DNA of 64,000 nucleotides from Sphyrna mokarran. Lineage: Eukaryota. The stretch is taken from positions 1,116,001-1,180,000 of the forward strand of contig JAGIQG010000043.1 of the NCBI GenBank assembly GCA_024679065.1, given 5' to 3'. Below the pieces are notes generated by a model. That model worked only from the letters and a program-made list of their open reading frames with translations, searched no databases and was not told where the DNA came from. Below, piece after piece: positions 62,783-64,000 of the stretch. The translations under genes and the position numbers were made by a program. The stretch's first letter is position 1; the number at the start of each line of letters is the position of its first letter.

Positions 62783-64000
62783 TGTCCTTGACCCGATCGG
62801 TGGGAGTGTGAATCTCAATCCGAATCTCACTGCGAAATTGCTCTTGTCCTCTCTGTGAAGGAGGTGTGAAATATGCAGTGTGAATGCTGTGCTCTGTGCT
62901 TATTAATACATACACAATTGGTTTTGGAAAATAAAACTGATGTAGAAAGTTCTCTGTGGTTTTCCTGTTTACTACAGGCCCAAGTGTGGCAACGCACTGA
63001 GCACATTTTCCAAAATACCTACCCATATCAGGTGGACCAGAGTTTGAAAACAGAGCACGGAGGCTCTTAATCTGATAATGATAAAGATGTCAATGGAACA
63101 GTGTTCTAAATACTTCACAAGATTGACAGCAGAATTGATAGGCCCTAACTATCTGACAGCATTGAATAGGCAGGAGCTCTTCTCTCTAAAACAAATGACT
63201 ACTGAGGATTGTAAGGAAAGAGACAATTACGAATACAGAAATGTTTAAAATGCTGACGCAGGATTTCTAATGAATGGGTCAACAGTTTAAGCTAGTCACT
63301 AGTAAATTAAATAGGAAATTCGAGACACTCGGGAGAATTTGATTGGATTTGATTCGAATTGATGCAATCGATTATTGCCACAGTTAATATGTATTCTTGG
63401 CGCACAGTGAAAAGTATCATTTCACGCGCTATACAGACAAATCATACCGTTCATGATGTGCATAGATTTGATTCAATACTTTTACATGTATTGATATGCA
63501 ATGAAAAGTATTGTTTTTTTTTTGTGTGCTACAGTGACAAAGCATACCGAACATAGAGTACATGGGGAGATGGAAAGTTGTAGGAGTTTGCACATTCTCC
63601 CTGTGCTTGCGTGGGTTTTCTCCGGGTGCTCCAGTTCCCTCCCATACCCCAAAACTTGCTCTTAGATTGATTGGTGTTAACAAATTGTCCCTAAATTACT
63701 CTTCCTTGAATCTGGTTATGGTTCCTTTATTGTGGAGTTCAAAAGACGTAGACAAAGGTCATAGGTAGAGGAGGGGACTCACAATGTTAAAATGGCGGCG
63801 CGGGCTTGTGGGGCCGAAGTGCCTGTTTCCGTGCTGTCTTGTTTTTTGTTTTTCTTTGTTCTTTGAAAGGGGAGGGTGCAGATCATAACGCCACAGTCAC
63901 AATTAGGTTGCTGAGAAAGATCATACAAATATAAGGTCCGGCCATTCAAAAGTCCGATGGCGGCAGAGAAAGAGCTATTCTCGAGTCGCTTCTTACCTGT

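Overview
Repeat-rich vertebrate genomic DNA, most likely a shark or other elasmobranch (inferred from the CR1-type LINEs, HE1/V-SINE-like SINEs and Penelope-like remnants). It is a draft assembly with two N gaps. The core is a cluster of four multi-exon immunoglobulin-superfamily genes reconstructed by hand from splice sites and exon phases. They are non-rearranging antigen-receptor-like genes: leader, germline-joined VJ exon (YYC...FGxG), C1-set exon, uncharged TM with a membrane-proximal Cys, and a cytoplasmic tail with one YxxL motif. Two types occur as a convergent A/B pair (A1 431-11268 +, B1 21705-28224 -). The pair is duplicated in inverted orientation (B2 42944-49418 +, leader in a gap; A2 55527-62782 -). 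A2 lacks V and C1 exons, but its leader splices in frame to the TM and tail exons. Type-B V domains lack the canonical B-strand cysteine. The rest is transposon-derived: a near full-length CR1 with a nested CR1, many 5'-truncated CR1s (several arm-specific), a CR1 lineage carrying a V-SINE in its 3' UTR, a solo LTR, and an hnRNP D/AB processed fragment embedded in a CR1. A ~2.9 kb tandem duplication around a gap is probably an assembly or haplotype artefact. All gene models are predictions without transcript evidence.
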